From: a virus
IMG/VR virus record: IMGVR_UViG_3300025718_000002
Location: 1-64,000 of that record
Reading direction: 5' to 3' (one strand)
DNA: 64,000 bases
Both the position numbers and the translations under genes were made by a program. The notes below the pieces were generated by a model, which worked only from the letters and a program-made list of their open reading frames with translations, was not told the origin of the DNA and ran no database searches. Shown here piece by piece: positions 1-9,305 of the stretch. Within the stretch, counting starts at the first letter, position 1. Each line of letters begins with the position of its first letter.

Positions 1-1017
1 ATCACGAAAGATTTTGAATGGGACTCAGACCTTGCAACAAAGATCTTTAGTACAATGGGTAAAATTGGTCAACCTACAGTGAATAATTATGTTAACAGTG
101 ACTATGATCCAGATACCACAAAGAGCATGTGTTGTTCACTTAGGTTAGACATGACTCAGCTAATGAAAGCAGGAGGGCAATTTAGTAGTAATGATAACTC
201 TGGTAGTATTGGAGTTATTACACTGAACTTGCCTAGGTATGGATATGAGGCATGTAACAATAAAAAGATGTTACTACACCTAATTGTAAAAAATATGGAC
301 TTAGCAAAGGATGCACTACTAGCTAAACGTGCATACGTTGAGAAGCAAATGGAATTAGGTATGTACCCAACAATTAAGCGTTTCGTCCCTAACTTTGCAA
401 ACTTCTTTAATACTATAGGTGCTGTAGGTTTAAATGAAATGTGTCTTAACTTCTTAGGAAAGGGAATTGATACACCAGAAGGAATGGATCTTTCAAAAGA
501 AGTTTTAAAGTTTATGAATAACAGACTATCCCTATACCAGACAGAATGTAAAGATTGGTATAATGGCAGGGGCTTATGGTTTAATGCAGAGTTAGTCCCA
601 GCAGAGGGATGTTCCCATAGGTTAGCTAAGGTGGATAAGGCTAAATACCCAGATATTATTACAGCTAATGGCACAGATGGTGTTTATTATACCAGAGGGT
701 GTTGGTTGCCTAGTGATAAGGAATACTCCTTAAAATATGCTGTGGAACATCAAGAACAATTACAAAACTTCTTTAGTGGTGGTGCTAATTTCCAATATCA
801 TGTTGAGGGTACAATTAGTGGTGAAGCTGTTAAGTCACTGGTAAGTAAGATTATATTACAAACATCTTTACCTTTTGTATCAATCTCTCCTATTATTAGC
901 GTGTGTCCAATTTGTGGTCAATTACAAAGTAGTGTAGAATATTGTGAGCATGAACTCACAGAGTATCAAGTACAGGAATTAAAAGATAAGGGAGTTGAAC
1001 TTAAAAATGTTAGTTAA
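1..1017 (+). CDS. nrdD: Anaerobic ribonucleoside-triphosphate reductase (NrdD-like), C-terminal part; 5' end lies outside the window
   Basis: The frame is open from position 1 with no stop. An SMCCSLRLD segment resembles the NrdD active-site SMGCRS region. A CPICG...C.H zinc-ribbon-like cluster lies near the C-terminus. An NrdG activase gene lies 3 kb downstream. No clear C-terminal RxxGY glycyl-radical motif is seen, so the assignment is tentative. Confidence 0.5.
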   Translation: MTKDFEWDSDLATKIFSTMGKIGQPTVNNYVNSDYDPDTTKSMCCSLRLDMTQLMKAGGQFSSNDNSGSIGVITLNLPRYGYEACNNKKMLLHLIVKNMDLAKDALLAKRAYVEKQMELGMYPTIKRFVPNFANFFNTIGAVGLNEMCLNFLGKGIDTPEGMDLSKEVLKFMNNRLSLYQTECKDWYNGRGLWFNAELVPAEGCSHRLAKVDKAKYPDIITANGTDGVYYTRGCWLPSDKEYSLKYAVEHQEQLQNFFSGGANFQYHVEGTISGEAVKSLVSKIILQTSLPFVSISPIISVCPICGQLQSSVEYCEHELTEYQVQELKDKGVELKNVS

Positions 1018-1158
1018 AATCACAACAGTAGTAGTGGAAAAAATGCCAGATGATCTTGATTTTGAAGAATTTGTAAAAGATATGGCAGATATGAATACAG
1101 TGATTGAAAAATCAGATGATGAAATTATTAGTTCTACGTGTCTTGTAGAAAAAGTATG
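1006..1158 (+). CDS. Small acidic hypothetical protein (50 aa)
   Basis: ATG overlaps the nrdD stop and the frame is open for 50 codons. It is below the ORF-track size cut-off. Confidence 0.25.
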
Positions 1159-1291
1159 AACTTCTTAGTATTCTTCTTCTTAATTATCATATCTTTAATC
1201 ATTGTTGGTACTTTCCTCTCTATATCATTTGCTATAATTATAGAGAGGAAATGGATAAGACTTAAAAAGACATTTATGAAGGGTGAAAAAT
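1157..1291 (+). CDS. Small single-pass membrane peptide (44 aa)
   Basis: ATGA overlap with the preceding ORF. It has a hydrophobic core FLVFFFLIISLIIVGTFLSISFAIII followed by basic residues. Confidence 0.25.
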
Positions 1292-1580
1292 GAAAAGTCT
1301 AAAGAAATTAAAAGCTAGGGAAATGAAAGCGTCTAAGCGTATTAATCAATTCCTTACATTTATTAAATACCTGCAAGCTAAATTAGTTAACTACTCTAAA
1401 TCAAGGGTAGTATCTATGCAAAAAGAATTAGATGAGCAGGGTATTATTAGGAGAAAGCGTCTTGACTTTTTAGCACTAGAGGCAAAAAGAATTGATGATG
1501 AACTAAATGAAATTAGCCAAGCTTATGTAAGGCATACGTCAAACTTAAATAAATTAGGAGGAATTGAAAATGTTAATTAG
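1290..1580 (+). CDS. Hypothetical protein, coiled-coil
   Basis: ORF track. The RBS ggtgaaaaATG is present. Its stop overlaps the start of the next gene. Confidence 0.5.
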   Translation: MKSLKKLKAREMKASKRINQFLTFIKYLQAKLVNYSKSRVVSMQKELDEQGIIRRKRLDFLALEAKRIDDELNEISQAYVRHTSNLNKLGGIENVN

Positions 1581-2433
1581 AGGTGCAATTAAAATATTCG
1601 CTGTGTTGATAGTGGTGTTCATAGTATTCTTAAACCTCACAGTAAGTATTCCAGCAGGGTACGCAGGGGTACAATACAATACCAGTGGTGGCGTTGAAAA
1701 GGAAACATTAGCGCAAGGGTGGCATATTGTAAGCCCTATGGTGCATGTCACTAAATATCCAGTATCTACGGAAAATGTCTACTACACAAATACAGACCAT
1801 GAAGGTAGAAAGGGCGTAGATGATAGTTTCAATGTCACTACTAAGGATGGTAAGCCAGTAAAAGTTAACTATAACCTAGCTTATCATTTTGATAAAGAGT
1901 ATCTTCCAGTAATATTTACTAACTTTAAGGGTAATAATGCTGATTATATTGAATATAACTTCATGAGAAATGAGGTTGGAAATGTAATTAATGTGTTGGC
2001 AAGTAACTACTCTACTAGTGATATTTTTGGGCAGAAACGTAATGACTTCGCTGAACATATTGCAAGAGATATTACTAAAAGACTAGCAGATCAGGGGATG
2101 ATTGTAGAATCTCATAATCTTTCAAGGATTGATCCAGATGCACAAACTTTGCAAGCTATTCAAGCAGTGGTTGATGCACAGCAAAAAATGCAACAGGCAG
2201 ACTTAGAAAATCAAAGGGCAGTAATTGAAGCTAAGAAACAAATTACAGTTGCGCAGGGTATCGCAGATGCCCAGAGAATCACTGCTGACGCTCAGGCTTA
2301 CTCTAATCAAAAACTTCAGCAAACTATCACTGCGGATATTGTTTCACTGAAATGGATTGAAAAATGGGATGGTAAGCAATCTCAAACAGTTCTAGGTAGT
2401 CAACAGGGTATGATGATTAACCTAGGTAAATGA
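1564..2433 (+). CDS. SPFH/band-7 (prohibitin/HflKC-like) membrane protein
   Basis: It has an N-terminal TM helix. This is followed by GYAGVQYNTSGGVEKETLAQGWHIV..P, typical of SPFH domains. The C-terminus is Q/A-rich coiled-coil. An AGGAGG RBS precedes it. Confidence 0.8.
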   Translation: MKMLIRGAIKIFAVLIVVFIVFLNLTVSIPAGYAGVQYNTSGGVEKETLAQGWHIVSPMVHVTKYPVSTENVYYTNTDHEGRKGVDDSFNVTTKDGKPVKVNYNLAYHFDKEYLPVIFTNFKGNNADYIEYNFMRNEVGNVINVLASNYSTSDIFGQKRNDFAEHIARDITKRLADQGMIVESHNLSRIDPDAQTLQAIQAVVDAQQKMQQADLENQRAVIEAKKQITVAQGIADAQRITADAQAYSNQKLQQTITADIVSLKWIEKWDGKQSQTVLGSQQGMMINLGK

Positions 2434-2847
2434 TCTACACTTACAAATGTTCATGTGGGCATATCTTAAAAGTCTCACTATCTGGCTGGAAATTAGAATG
2501 CCCCCATTGTTTTAAGGTTATGAAAGAGGTTTTAAAATGAGTAAAAATATAGTCACATTAATACTAGTATTTACATGTGCCACTGTAGCTATGATTATTC
2601 CTCCATCGTTTTGTTACTTATTTGGATTTGCGTCAGGAGCAGGAATATTAACCTTCCATATTACCTAGTGAAGGGAGGTGGTTAATTGACCTATAAAGTA
2701 AAATGTGATAAATATTGTCGCGTAGTTGGTTATTTTGGTAAAGTTACTAATATGAACGAAGGAAAACAGAAAGAGTTTGCAGTAAAGAAATGTTTTAACT
2801 AAATTCTTTCTCTGTACTTACCCTCTCTTACTAAGAAAAGAGGGGGT

Positions 2848-3144
2848 ATGATACTTGGTATAAATATGGATTGTAAATTTAAAACTGGTGATAAGGTTAT
2901 TTTATTACAGGGTTATCCTAATGGTTGTGCTGAAAGGGATTTATGTAGATCAGGTTTAGAAATTGGTAAAATCTATACAATACGTGATTTATATCGCGAA
3001 AATGAAATAGGTTATGGCTTACCAGCAACTAATTATTATCGTGTAGTTGAGGATAGGGAAAATTTTGAATTTGATGAAAGTTGTTTTGAGTTTGAGATTC
3101 TAGTAAGTGATTTAAGCTACTTAGTAAATGTGAGGTGTTTTTAA
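2848..3144 (+). CDS. Small SH3/KOW-like barrel protein, paralog 1 of 4 (C-terminal SYLVNVR motif)
   Basis: GDKVILLQGYPNG ... C-terminal LSYLVNVR. It is similar to the next three ORFs. Confidence 0.6.
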   Translation: MILGINMDCKFKTGDKVILLQGYPNGCAERDLCRSGLEIGKIYTIRDLYRENEIGYGLPATNYYRVVEDRENFEFDESCFEFEILVSDLSYLVNVRCF

Positions 3145-3407
3145 TATTTAATGCTGGGGATAAAGTAATATTAATAAAGGGAATTCCCTGCGAGGGTGAT
3201 ACAAGGACTTTTCATACACGTTATGGAGAGTTAAAAATAGGTCAAGAATTTACTATTGCAAGTATAGAACATAAAAATGCTAGTGGTTATGGGGTGCATA
3301 ATACTAACTGGTACTATGTTAAGGGTAATTCAAGTGATTACTTTGACGAAAGTTGCTTACAATTGGCAGATATTTATGATAAAAGCTACTTAATTGATAT
3401 AAGATGA
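3135..3407 (+). CDS. Small SH3/KOW-like barrel protein, paralog 2 of 4
   Basis: GDKVILIKGIP...KSYLIDIR C-terminus. It overlaps its neighbours by a few nucleotides, consistent with translational coupling. Confidence 0.6.
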   Translation: MFLIFNAGDKVILIKGIPCEGDTRTFHTRYGELKIGQEFTIASIEHKNASGYGVHNTNWYYVKGNSSDYFDESCLQLADIYDKSYLIDIR

Positions 3408-3643
3408 GTAAGTATCAGTTAGGAGATAAGGTTTTAACCCTAGGGACTAGTTCTGGTGGTATGACTTCTGAAATGCGGAGTTATTATAAAAATAAAGTTG
3501 TTGGAACTATACACACAATTTATAATAATGATTACCATGTTTCCTTTAATACTGGTAATATTTACTCTTATTGTGATAAAGATTTAGAAATGTATTTTGA
3601 TAATAGTGATATGAGTTACCTAGTAAATGTGAGGAATTACTAA
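3404..3643 (+). CDS. Small SH3/KOW-like barrel protein, paralog 3 of 4
   Basis: LGDKVLTLGTSSGG...DMSYLVNVRNY. Confidence 0.6.
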   Translation: MSKYQLGDKVLTLGTSSGGMTSEMRSYYKNKVVGTIHTIYNNDYHVSFNTGNIYSYCDKDLEMYFDNSDMSYLVNVRNY

Positions 3644-3876
3644 TGGATTTTAAGGTTGGAGATTACGTAGAACTCACAAGTACAGATGGTGGATATAGAA
3701 GTGAGTTAAAAGCTGGGGATATTGGAGAAGTGATACATATAGAATATAGTAATAATTGGCAATATACTTTAAATGTAAAATTTAAAAATGGGCAAGAGTC
3801 AGAAAGGCTTTTAAAAAGGTTTAAACTTATAGATATTAACAGAGATATGAGTTACTTGGTAAATATAAGGACGTAG
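3643..3876 (+). CDS. Small SH3/KOW-like barrel protein, paralog 4 of 4
   Basis: VGDYVELTSTDGGY...DMSYLVNIRT. Confidence 0.6.
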   Translation: MDFKVGDYVELTSTDGGYRSELKAGDIGEVIHIEYSNNWQYTLNVKFKNGQESERLLKRFKLIDINRDMSYLVNIRT

Positions 3877-3880
3877 TAAA

Positions 3881-4354
3881 ATGAACATAGCAGGGACTAT
3901 AAAAGATGTTTTAGAACCATATAAGAAATTAACATATGAAATCTATATCAGTGGATGTACTCATGGGTGCGTAGGTTGCCATAACCCAGAGATGCAATCA
4001 TTTGATTTTGGTAAGAAATTAGATGATTGGGAATTATTTAAAATATACGTTGATATAAATGATAATATTGAATATATAGATTGTATAAGTATTCTTGGTG
4101 GGGATTTATTATGCAATAGCCCATTAGAAATAAATTTTATAATAAATACGCTAACTAATATTTTTGGTAAACATGGTAGAGAAAATAGTAATAAAAAAGA
4201 CTTCTGGTTATTTACTGGATCAGAGTTAAAAGATGTTCCTGAATTTATTAAAAGTAGGTTTGATGTAATTAAAACTGGTAAATTTGAAATAGATAAGTAT
4301 GTAGAAGGTAGATTTCCATCTAGCACTAACCAGAATGTGTGGTATAGAGAATGA
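3881..4354 (+). CDS. nrdG: Anaerobic ribonucleotide reductase activating protein (radical SAM, NrdG)
   Basis: YISGCTHGCVGCHNPE matches the NrdG CxxxCxxC cluster (compare E. coli FVSGCVHECPGCYNK). A later GGD.L motif is also present. Confidence 0.8.
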   Translation: MNIAGTIKDVLEPYKKLTYEIYISGCTHGCVGCHNPEMQSFDFGKKLDDWELFKIYVDINDNIEYIDCISILGGDLLCNSPLEINFIINTLTNIFGKHGRENSNKKDFWLFTGSELKDVPEFIKSRFDVIKTGKFEIDKYVEGRFPSSTNQNVWYRE

Positions 4355-4542
4355 AAATGAATGATGAAAAATTTCATTTAGTTAGAGATTATGTTTTTAC
4401 TGTTAAGGAAGTTTCTAAAATACTAAGAATGAGCGAAAGTAAAGTAAGGGAATTAATCAAATTTAAAAATATTTCTGCTTTCAAATTTCATGGCATGTGG
4501 TGGATAAGTAAAAAATCAGTATTTAAGGATAGAAAAGAATGA
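4351..4542 (+). CDS. Small helix-turn-helix DNA-binding protein (excisionase/MerR-like HTH_17)
   Basis: The segment VKEVSKILRMSESKVRELIKFKNISAFKFHGMWWISKKSV has the HTH_17 pattern. Confidence 0.5.
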   Translation: MKMNDEKFHLVRDYVFTVKEVSKILRMSESKVRELIKFKNISAFKFHGMWWISKKSVFKDRKE

Positions 4543-4799
4543 ATATTGATGAAATTAGAGAAGAACTTATAATTGATAGGATTGTATATTATTGCCTTAA
4601 TGAAAACCTTAAATGTGATTATGATTATGATAAGTTAGAGTCTACTCTAAAAAGAATGGTCGCAAATAACCCAGAGTTAGAAAGTCAAGGTAAATATCAT
4701 GAATGGTGTCCTGCTAGTATAGTGGGTAGCTGTAATGTTAAGGATTATCCAAAAGAGTTAGTAAAAATAGCAAAAAGGAAAGTGAAAAATTTACATTGA
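4539..4799 (+). CDS. Hypothetical protein
   Basis: ORF track. Its start overlaps the previous stop. Confidence 0.45.
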   Translation: MNIDEIREELIIDRIVYYCLNENLKCDYDYDKLESTLKRMVANNPELESQGKYHEWCPASIVGSCNVKDYPKELVKIAKRKVKNLH

Positions 4800-5863
4800 G
4801 AAAGTTAGCAAGTATACAAGTAATTGAGTCAATTAATCCCATAGCTAATGCAGATAGTTTGGAAGTATGTAAAGTCCTAGGCTGGGACGTGGTAGTTAAA
4901 AAGGGAGAATATTGGATTGGTGATATGATAGTTTTCATTGAGACTGATAGTATTCTCCCAGATCGTCCAGAGTTTAAGTTTATGCGTAGTAGGTACTTCA
5001 AAGTAAAAACAATTAAGCTTAGAGGGCAAATATCACAGGGTTTAATAATGCCCATACAAATACTTACTAAGGGAGCATGTTATATTGTTGGGCAGGATGT
5101 AACTGAGGAACTTGGAATCACTAAGTTTGAACCAGATGAATATAACAAGCCAACAAATAAAGAAAAAGTAAAATCATTTCAATTACCTAGCTGGTGTCCT
5201 AATTGGTTACATAAGATTATCAACAAAGTGTTTGGTAAGAAAAAGAAGAAAAGTATCTGGGATGTAATTCCTAAGACAGATGAAACAAGGGTACAGAACT
5301 TACAGGGGCTTTTAAATAAAACCAATGGGCAAGAATGTTATATCACTGAAAAATTAGATGGTAGTTCAATTACAGTCTATTTATACAATGGTAAGTTTGG
5401 GGTATGCAGTAGAAATATTGATCTTCCTAAGCAAGAGTCTGGTAATCAGTTCTGGAATGCTGTAATTGCTAGTGATATAGAGGAAAAAATGCGTCACTTT
5501 TATGTTGGTGGCAACAATATTGCTCTACAGGGTGAGTTAATTGGTACTGGAATACAAGAAAATAAGTACAAGTTAGCAGATAAACAGATTAAATTCTTTG
5601 GAGTATGGGATATTGACAAACAAGAATATCTTAGTTTTGATAGATTTATGAGAACTATGGTATACCTTGATTTAAGCACAGTACCAATCTTAGGATATAA
5701 TGAAGAAATTCACTCTAATATTCCATTATGGGTAGATACTGCCACTAGGAAATCAGTAATTAATCCAGACGTATTGGCAGAGGGTATTGTAGTTCGCACA
5801 TTAGACTCTAAAAACTCCTTTAAAGCAATTAACCCACAATTCCTTTTAAAGTATAATTTATGA
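4796..5863 (+). CDS. ATP-dependent RNA ligase (nucleotidyltransferase KxDG family, N-terminal OB-like domain)
   Basis: Motif I is present as YITEKLDGSS (KxDG). A motif V-like segment EGIVVRT...FKAINPQF is also present. The N-terminal LASIQVIESINPIANADSLEVCKV resembles Rnl-family N-termini. Confidence 0.65.
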   Translation: MRKLASIQVIESINPIANADSLEVCKVLGWDVVVKKGEYWIGDMIVFIETDSILPDRPEFKFMRSRYFKVKTIKLRGQISQGLIMPIQILTKGACYIVGQDVTEELGITKFEPDEYNKPTNKEKVKSFQLPSWCPNWLHKIINKVFGKKKKKSIWDVIPKTDETRVQNLQGLLNKTNGQECYITEKLDGSSITVYLYNGKFGVCSRNIDLPKQESGNQFWNAVIASDIEEKMRHFYVGGNNIALQGELIGTGIQENKYKLADKQIKFFGVWDIDKQEYLSFDRFMRTMVYLDLSTVPILGYNEEIHSNIPLWVDTATRKSVINPDVLAEGIVVRTLDSKNSFKAINPQFLLKYNL

Positions 5864-6009
5864 CAGTCTGTGAAACGTGCAGATATTCTAATGAATTATT
5901 TAAAGAGTCTATTGGGAAATGTGGGGAATGCCTAAGTATGTCAAGTGATTACGAATTATTTCCCCTATATATCAAAAGTTTATATTTTAAGGAGATTGTT
6001 GTAGAATAG
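5860..6009 (+). CDS. Small zinc-ribbon protein (50 aa; CETC...CGEC)
   Basis: ATGA overlap with the ligase stop. It has two CxxC pairs. It is below the ORF-track cut-off. Confidence 0.35.
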   Translation: MTVCETCRYSNELFKESIGKCGECLSMSSDYELFPLYIKSLYFKEIVVE

Positions 6010-6116
6010 TTAAGAAAAGAAAAAAGAAATATAAGTTACCATTTAATCCTAATTGGAAACATGACCATGCAGTATATATTAACTCTCTTAAATGGCGATC
6101 ACTTAGGGTACTGGTA

Positions 6117-6575
6117 TTGCAAAGAGACAAGAATAGATGTACTGTATGTAAATCAAAAGATCATTTACATGTTCATCATAAAACATACAATAGATTTAAA
6201 AATGAGTTACTAACTGATTTAATTACGTTATGTTCCTCATGTCACAGTAAAGTTCATAGTCTTAACGCTAAGTTAGCGAAGAAATTTATAACAAAGAAGG
6301 TTTACAATGTGGAAAAAAGCACTATTAAAAATAATGTACTAGCATTATGTATTCTTAATCCAGAATGTGTTGACAGTTATAATCTACTAGTCTATAAGTA
6401 TTGGCAACAAATTGATGGTCAAGGGCTGACTCTAGGTGTAGGTCACAGTGATGCTAAAAATGGAACTAACCTAGAGTCAATTGTAAAGGCATTTAGAATG
6501 CTAGTTGCAGATGGTTCTATTAAACAAACTGCTAAAATCAAGGAACGTAGAAAAAGATTTGGAATGGTGGCGTAA
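6117..6575 (+). CDS. HNH endonuclease. The annotated start is TTG at 6117, but conserved HNH N-terminal residues continue upstream to about 5991.
   Basis: HNH core: CTVCKSKDHLHVHHK...LCSSCHSKVH. The same frame is open from 5991 and encodes WKHDHAVYINSLKWRSLRVLVLQRDKNRC, a typical HNH N-terminal segment, with no canonical start. Confidence 0.7.
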   Translation: MQRDKNRCTVCKSKDHLHVHHKTYNRFKNELLTDLITLCSSCHSKVHSLNAKLAKKFITKKVYNVEKSTIKNNVLALCILNPECVDSYNLLVYKYWQQIDGQGLTLGVGHSDAKNGTNLESIVKAFRMLVADGSIKQTAKIKERRKRFGMVA

Positions 6576-6726
6576 TTATGCTAAATCCAGATAAAGAACT
6601 TGTGGATATGGTGCTTAGTGGATTGGCATCCAATGAGTTGAGATATGGACAAAGATACTGTCCCTGCCTTGTAAAGCATAGTGATGATAGTATTTGTCCC
6701 TGCTTGGATTATCGCACTATTAAATT

Positions 6727-7419
6727 ATGTCACTGTGGACTGTACGTGCAATGAAAATATTCAATACTAAAGTTTATGCCCTAGAGGAGTCACTTATACG
6801 TTCTGGTTATGCAATGCAAACAGAGATTCTTGATATGAATGAGGCAATTTATCAAGACACTTACTGTAGTAAGCCCTATGAATGTGGTGGTAGATATAGA
6901 AAATCAGAGGATCGCATGTCTTTTAAAAGAGGTTTTAAGTTAGGTAATATTGGTGCTGGTAGTGGAGACGATTGTTTTCTCAAAGGAATTATAGTACAGG
7001 CTGACTGTGAATTCCCTCAGTACCTTTGGCAACAAGCCAAAAGATATCACTGGTTTGATATAATTAGTAGCCAATCCACTATGCACTCCATACTTAAAAT
7101 GGATTTAGATGAAATGTATAATTCAAGGATAGATCACAGAATAAAAGATATTACTAAAGAATATATTGAAATTTACAGACAATACCCCACTCCAGAAAAC
7201 TTTGAGAATATCCTAGCTAACGTAGGGCAAGGTTTAGAACTTACAGCAGGAGTGAGTACAAATTATCTACAATTAAAGACAATGTATTACCAGCGAGAAT
7301 TTCACTTGTTACCCTGTTGGAAAGTCTTTAAAGATTGGTGCAATAGTTTACCTTATTTTAAAGAGTTATGCCTGAGAGGTAAAATGGGAATTAAAATTGA
7401 TGAAAAGGAAGTAATATAA
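6727..7419 (+). CDS. Hypothetical protein (about 230 aa; weak resemblance to ThyX in size and context only)
   Basis: ORF track. It sits between HNH and dUTPase in a nucleotide-metabolism neighbourhood. The ThyX RHR motif is absent, so no firm call is made. Confidence 0.45.
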   Translation: MSLWTVRAMKIFNTKVYALEESLIRSGYAMQTEILDMNEAIYQDTYCSKPYECGGRYRKSEDRMSFKRGFKLGNIGAGSGDDCFLKGIIVQADCEFPQYLWQQAKRYHWFDIISSQSTMHSILKMDLDEMYNSRIDHRIKDITKEYIEIYRQYPTPENFENILANVGQGLELTAGVSTNYLQLKTMYYQREFHLLPCWKVFKDWCNSLPYFKELCLRGKMGIKIDEKEVI

Positions 7420-7866
7420 ATGGCTAAAAGAACAAGAGGTTTTGAGACAATTAAGGGGTACGATAATGTAGTCCTTCCAGTGCGAAAAACTGAATACTCA
7501 GCAGGGTATGACATTGCGATACAACAGGATTACTTAATTGGTGCTTATGAAACAGTCGTATTTAGCACTGGATTAAAAGCTTACATGCTTGCAGATGAAG
7601 TTTTAGAGCTACATATTAGGTCTAGTATGGGTATTAAGAAAGGTCTTAGGTTAGCAAATGTCACTGGAATTATTGATAGTGACTACTATAATAATGTTGA
7701 TAATGAAGGTCATATCATGTTAGCAGTGCATAATGATAGTGCAGATATCTACCACTTAAATGCTGGTGACTTCATAGCGCAAGGTATATTCGTAAAATAT
7801 TTAGTAGCAGATAATGACGTAAGCACTACTAAGAGAGTAGGGGGAATTGGTAGTACAGGTAAGTAA
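7420..7866 (+). CDS. dut: dUTP diphosphatase (dUTPase)
   Basis: It has the AGYDI, RSS, GIIDSDYY and C-terminal RVGGIGSTGK motifs. Confidence 0.85.
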   Translation: MAKRTRGFETIKGYDNVVLPVRKTEYSAGYDIAIQQDYLIGAYETVVFSTGLKAYMLADEVLELHIRSSMGIKKGLRLANVTGIIDSDYYNNVDNEGHIMLAVHNDSADIYHLNAGDFIAQGIFVKYLVADNDVSTTKRVGGIGSTGK

Positions 7867-8257
7867 AAAGGAAAAGCTAGGAATAAGTACAGCAATTAAC
7901 TTATTCCTAGTAGACCTTTATCGTGATGGCAGATATTTCACACTAGGGATCGTAGGAAACAAAGAAGCAATTAAAATACAGTTACAGTTACAATGCCAAG
8001 ACGTTACCCATGTAAGAACTATTCCTAAGAGAAACAAAGACAAGTACACAGGAGATAGGGAGTGGCTAGGATTTAGAATAGTGTACTGCAAATATACTTG
8101 TGACATAACAAGAAAAACACAAATAAATAATATGAAAGAGGTTGATAAAGATGGTTACTACGTTAAAGCAGTACATGACAGTCCTAGCATTGATCCCAAC
8201 AATGTTACTGGTGTACATATGTTGTCTGATATTGGATCTACTGAGGTAGAAAATTAG
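7847..8257 (+). CDS. Hypothetical protein
   Basis: ORF track. It overlaps the dut 3' end by 20 nt. Confidence 0.4.
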   Translation: MVVQVSKKEKLGISTAINLFLVDLYRDGRYFTLGIVGNKEAIKIQLQLQCQDVTHVRTIPKRNKDKYTGDREWLGFRIVYCKYTCDITRKTQINNMKEVDKDGYYVKAVHDSPSIDPNNVTGVHMLSDIGSTEVEN

Positions 8258-8856
8258 TGGATAAGCTAAGTATGTTTTTAAAAGACATTTCTGAGCAATT
8301 AATTAATGAAGAATCAATAATTGACCAGTATTGTAGATATGAAGGAAGAGAGCCAATAGATGCAATTATAGAGAAAGAGGAAAGAACTGAGATTGTAAAA
8401 GTTATAGAATTCCTTAATAAAAATATGACTGAAAGTGAGAGAATGATCCTGTATTTGTACACTGTAGAAGGTAAGAATCAGCAAGAGATTGCAGATATAG
8501 TAGGTCTTTCACAGAAAACAATTAGTAAAAAACTAGACTCTTTCCCTGTGAAGTTCTCTAAGCTATTATTTACAGATGCCTCTTTTGATAACTTCAACAT
8601 AGAAAACTCTATTAGTGTTCACGAAAAAGAATTTGTAGCACATAAGCCAACTCCAATGGGTATGCCATTTGAATATTTTAGGTCAGTTAATAATGGTGGT
8701 AGATGGGGTAAGAAGTATGGTAAAAAGATATGGGTAAGTAAAGAGAAGTGTTTACTCCCAGAGTATTTTAAAAGTAGTTTTAAAGATAGTAAAACAGTGT
8801 GTACATTAGATACCTCAGATAGAATGTGTAGCAAATGTACACGAAAATCTTCTTAG
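8257..8856 (+). CDS. Sigma-factor-like transcription regulator (region-4 HTH) with Cys-rich C-terminus
   Basis: ERMILYLYTVEGKNQQEIADIVGLSQKTISKKL resembles a sigma-70 region 4 / ECF-type HTH. A C-terminal C..C cluster is present. Confidence 0.55.
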   Translation: MDKLSMFLKDISEQLINEESIIDQYCRYEGREPIDAIIEKEERTEIVKVIEFLNKNMTESERMILYLYTVEGKNQQEIADIVGLSQKTISKKLDSFPVKFSKLLFTDASFDNFNIENSISVHEKEFVAHKPTPMGMPFEYFRSVNNGGRWGKKYGKKIWVSKEKCLLPEYFKSSFKDSKTVCTLDTSDRMCSKCTRKSS

Positions 8857-8882
8857 AATAAGAAGGTGATAGAACGTAAAAA

Positions 8883-8923
8883 AGCCTCCTAGCACCATCC
8901 ACAAAGGATAGCACTAGGAGGCT
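8883..8923. terminator. Bidirectional stem-loop terminator between convergent gene blocks
   Basis: Arms agcctcctag / ctaggaggct form a 10-bp perfect stem flanked by A/T runs. It lies exactly where plus-strand and minus-strand genes converge. Confidence 0.6.
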
Positions 8924-8929
8924 AATTAA

Positions 8930-9304
8930 TTATTTATGATCAACTACTTCATGAGGGTCTATATTCTTTTTAAAGCACTTAGGGCAATCTTCTGGAATAG
9001 TTACATTGTCTACCACTGCCCACTTATAACTACAACTAGGACACTCATAGAAACTGTCAATTAGTTTTCCAGTAGGTGTTAACCCTAGTCCCATATCCAT
9101 AACTATTCTTATCATATCCTCTGCGCTAAACCAATCGTGCATTGCAATCCAAGTATCTTTTTCATCTACGTTATTAATATGGGTGATAATGTAAAGCTTG
9201 TACTTATTTGCCTTAACATCCTTCACAACAACAGTCTTTGAGTTATCACCTAGGGTAACATGAAATACTTCCTCATTAATCTTTAGCTTTAACAGTTTTC
9301 TCAT
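8930..9304 (-). CDS. Hypothetical protein with Cys cluster (CPSCSYKWAV...CPKC)
   Basis: ORF track. The Cys cluster is zinc-ribbon-like. Confidence 0.5.
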   Translation of the reverse strand: MRKLLKLKINEEVFHVTLGDNSKTVVVKDVKANKYKLYIITHINNVDEKDTWIAMHDWFSAEDMIRIVMDMGLGLTPTGKLIDSFYECPSCSYKWAVVDNVTIPEDCPKCFKKNIDPHEVVDHK

Positions 9305-9305
9305 A

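Noticed and set aside
3961-5055. Minus-strand ORFs 3961..4377 and 4738..5055, antisense to nrdG and the RNA ligase region
   Set aside because: They are antisense to genes with clear motifs. They have hydrophobic, low-complexity translations and no RBS.
6727-7419. Possible ThyX (flavin-dependent thymidylate synthase) given length and the dUTPase/NrdDG neighbourhood
   Set aside because: The diagnostic RHRxxS...SxRY motif is not present (only a loose KRYH..SSQS resemblance). It is left as hypothetical.
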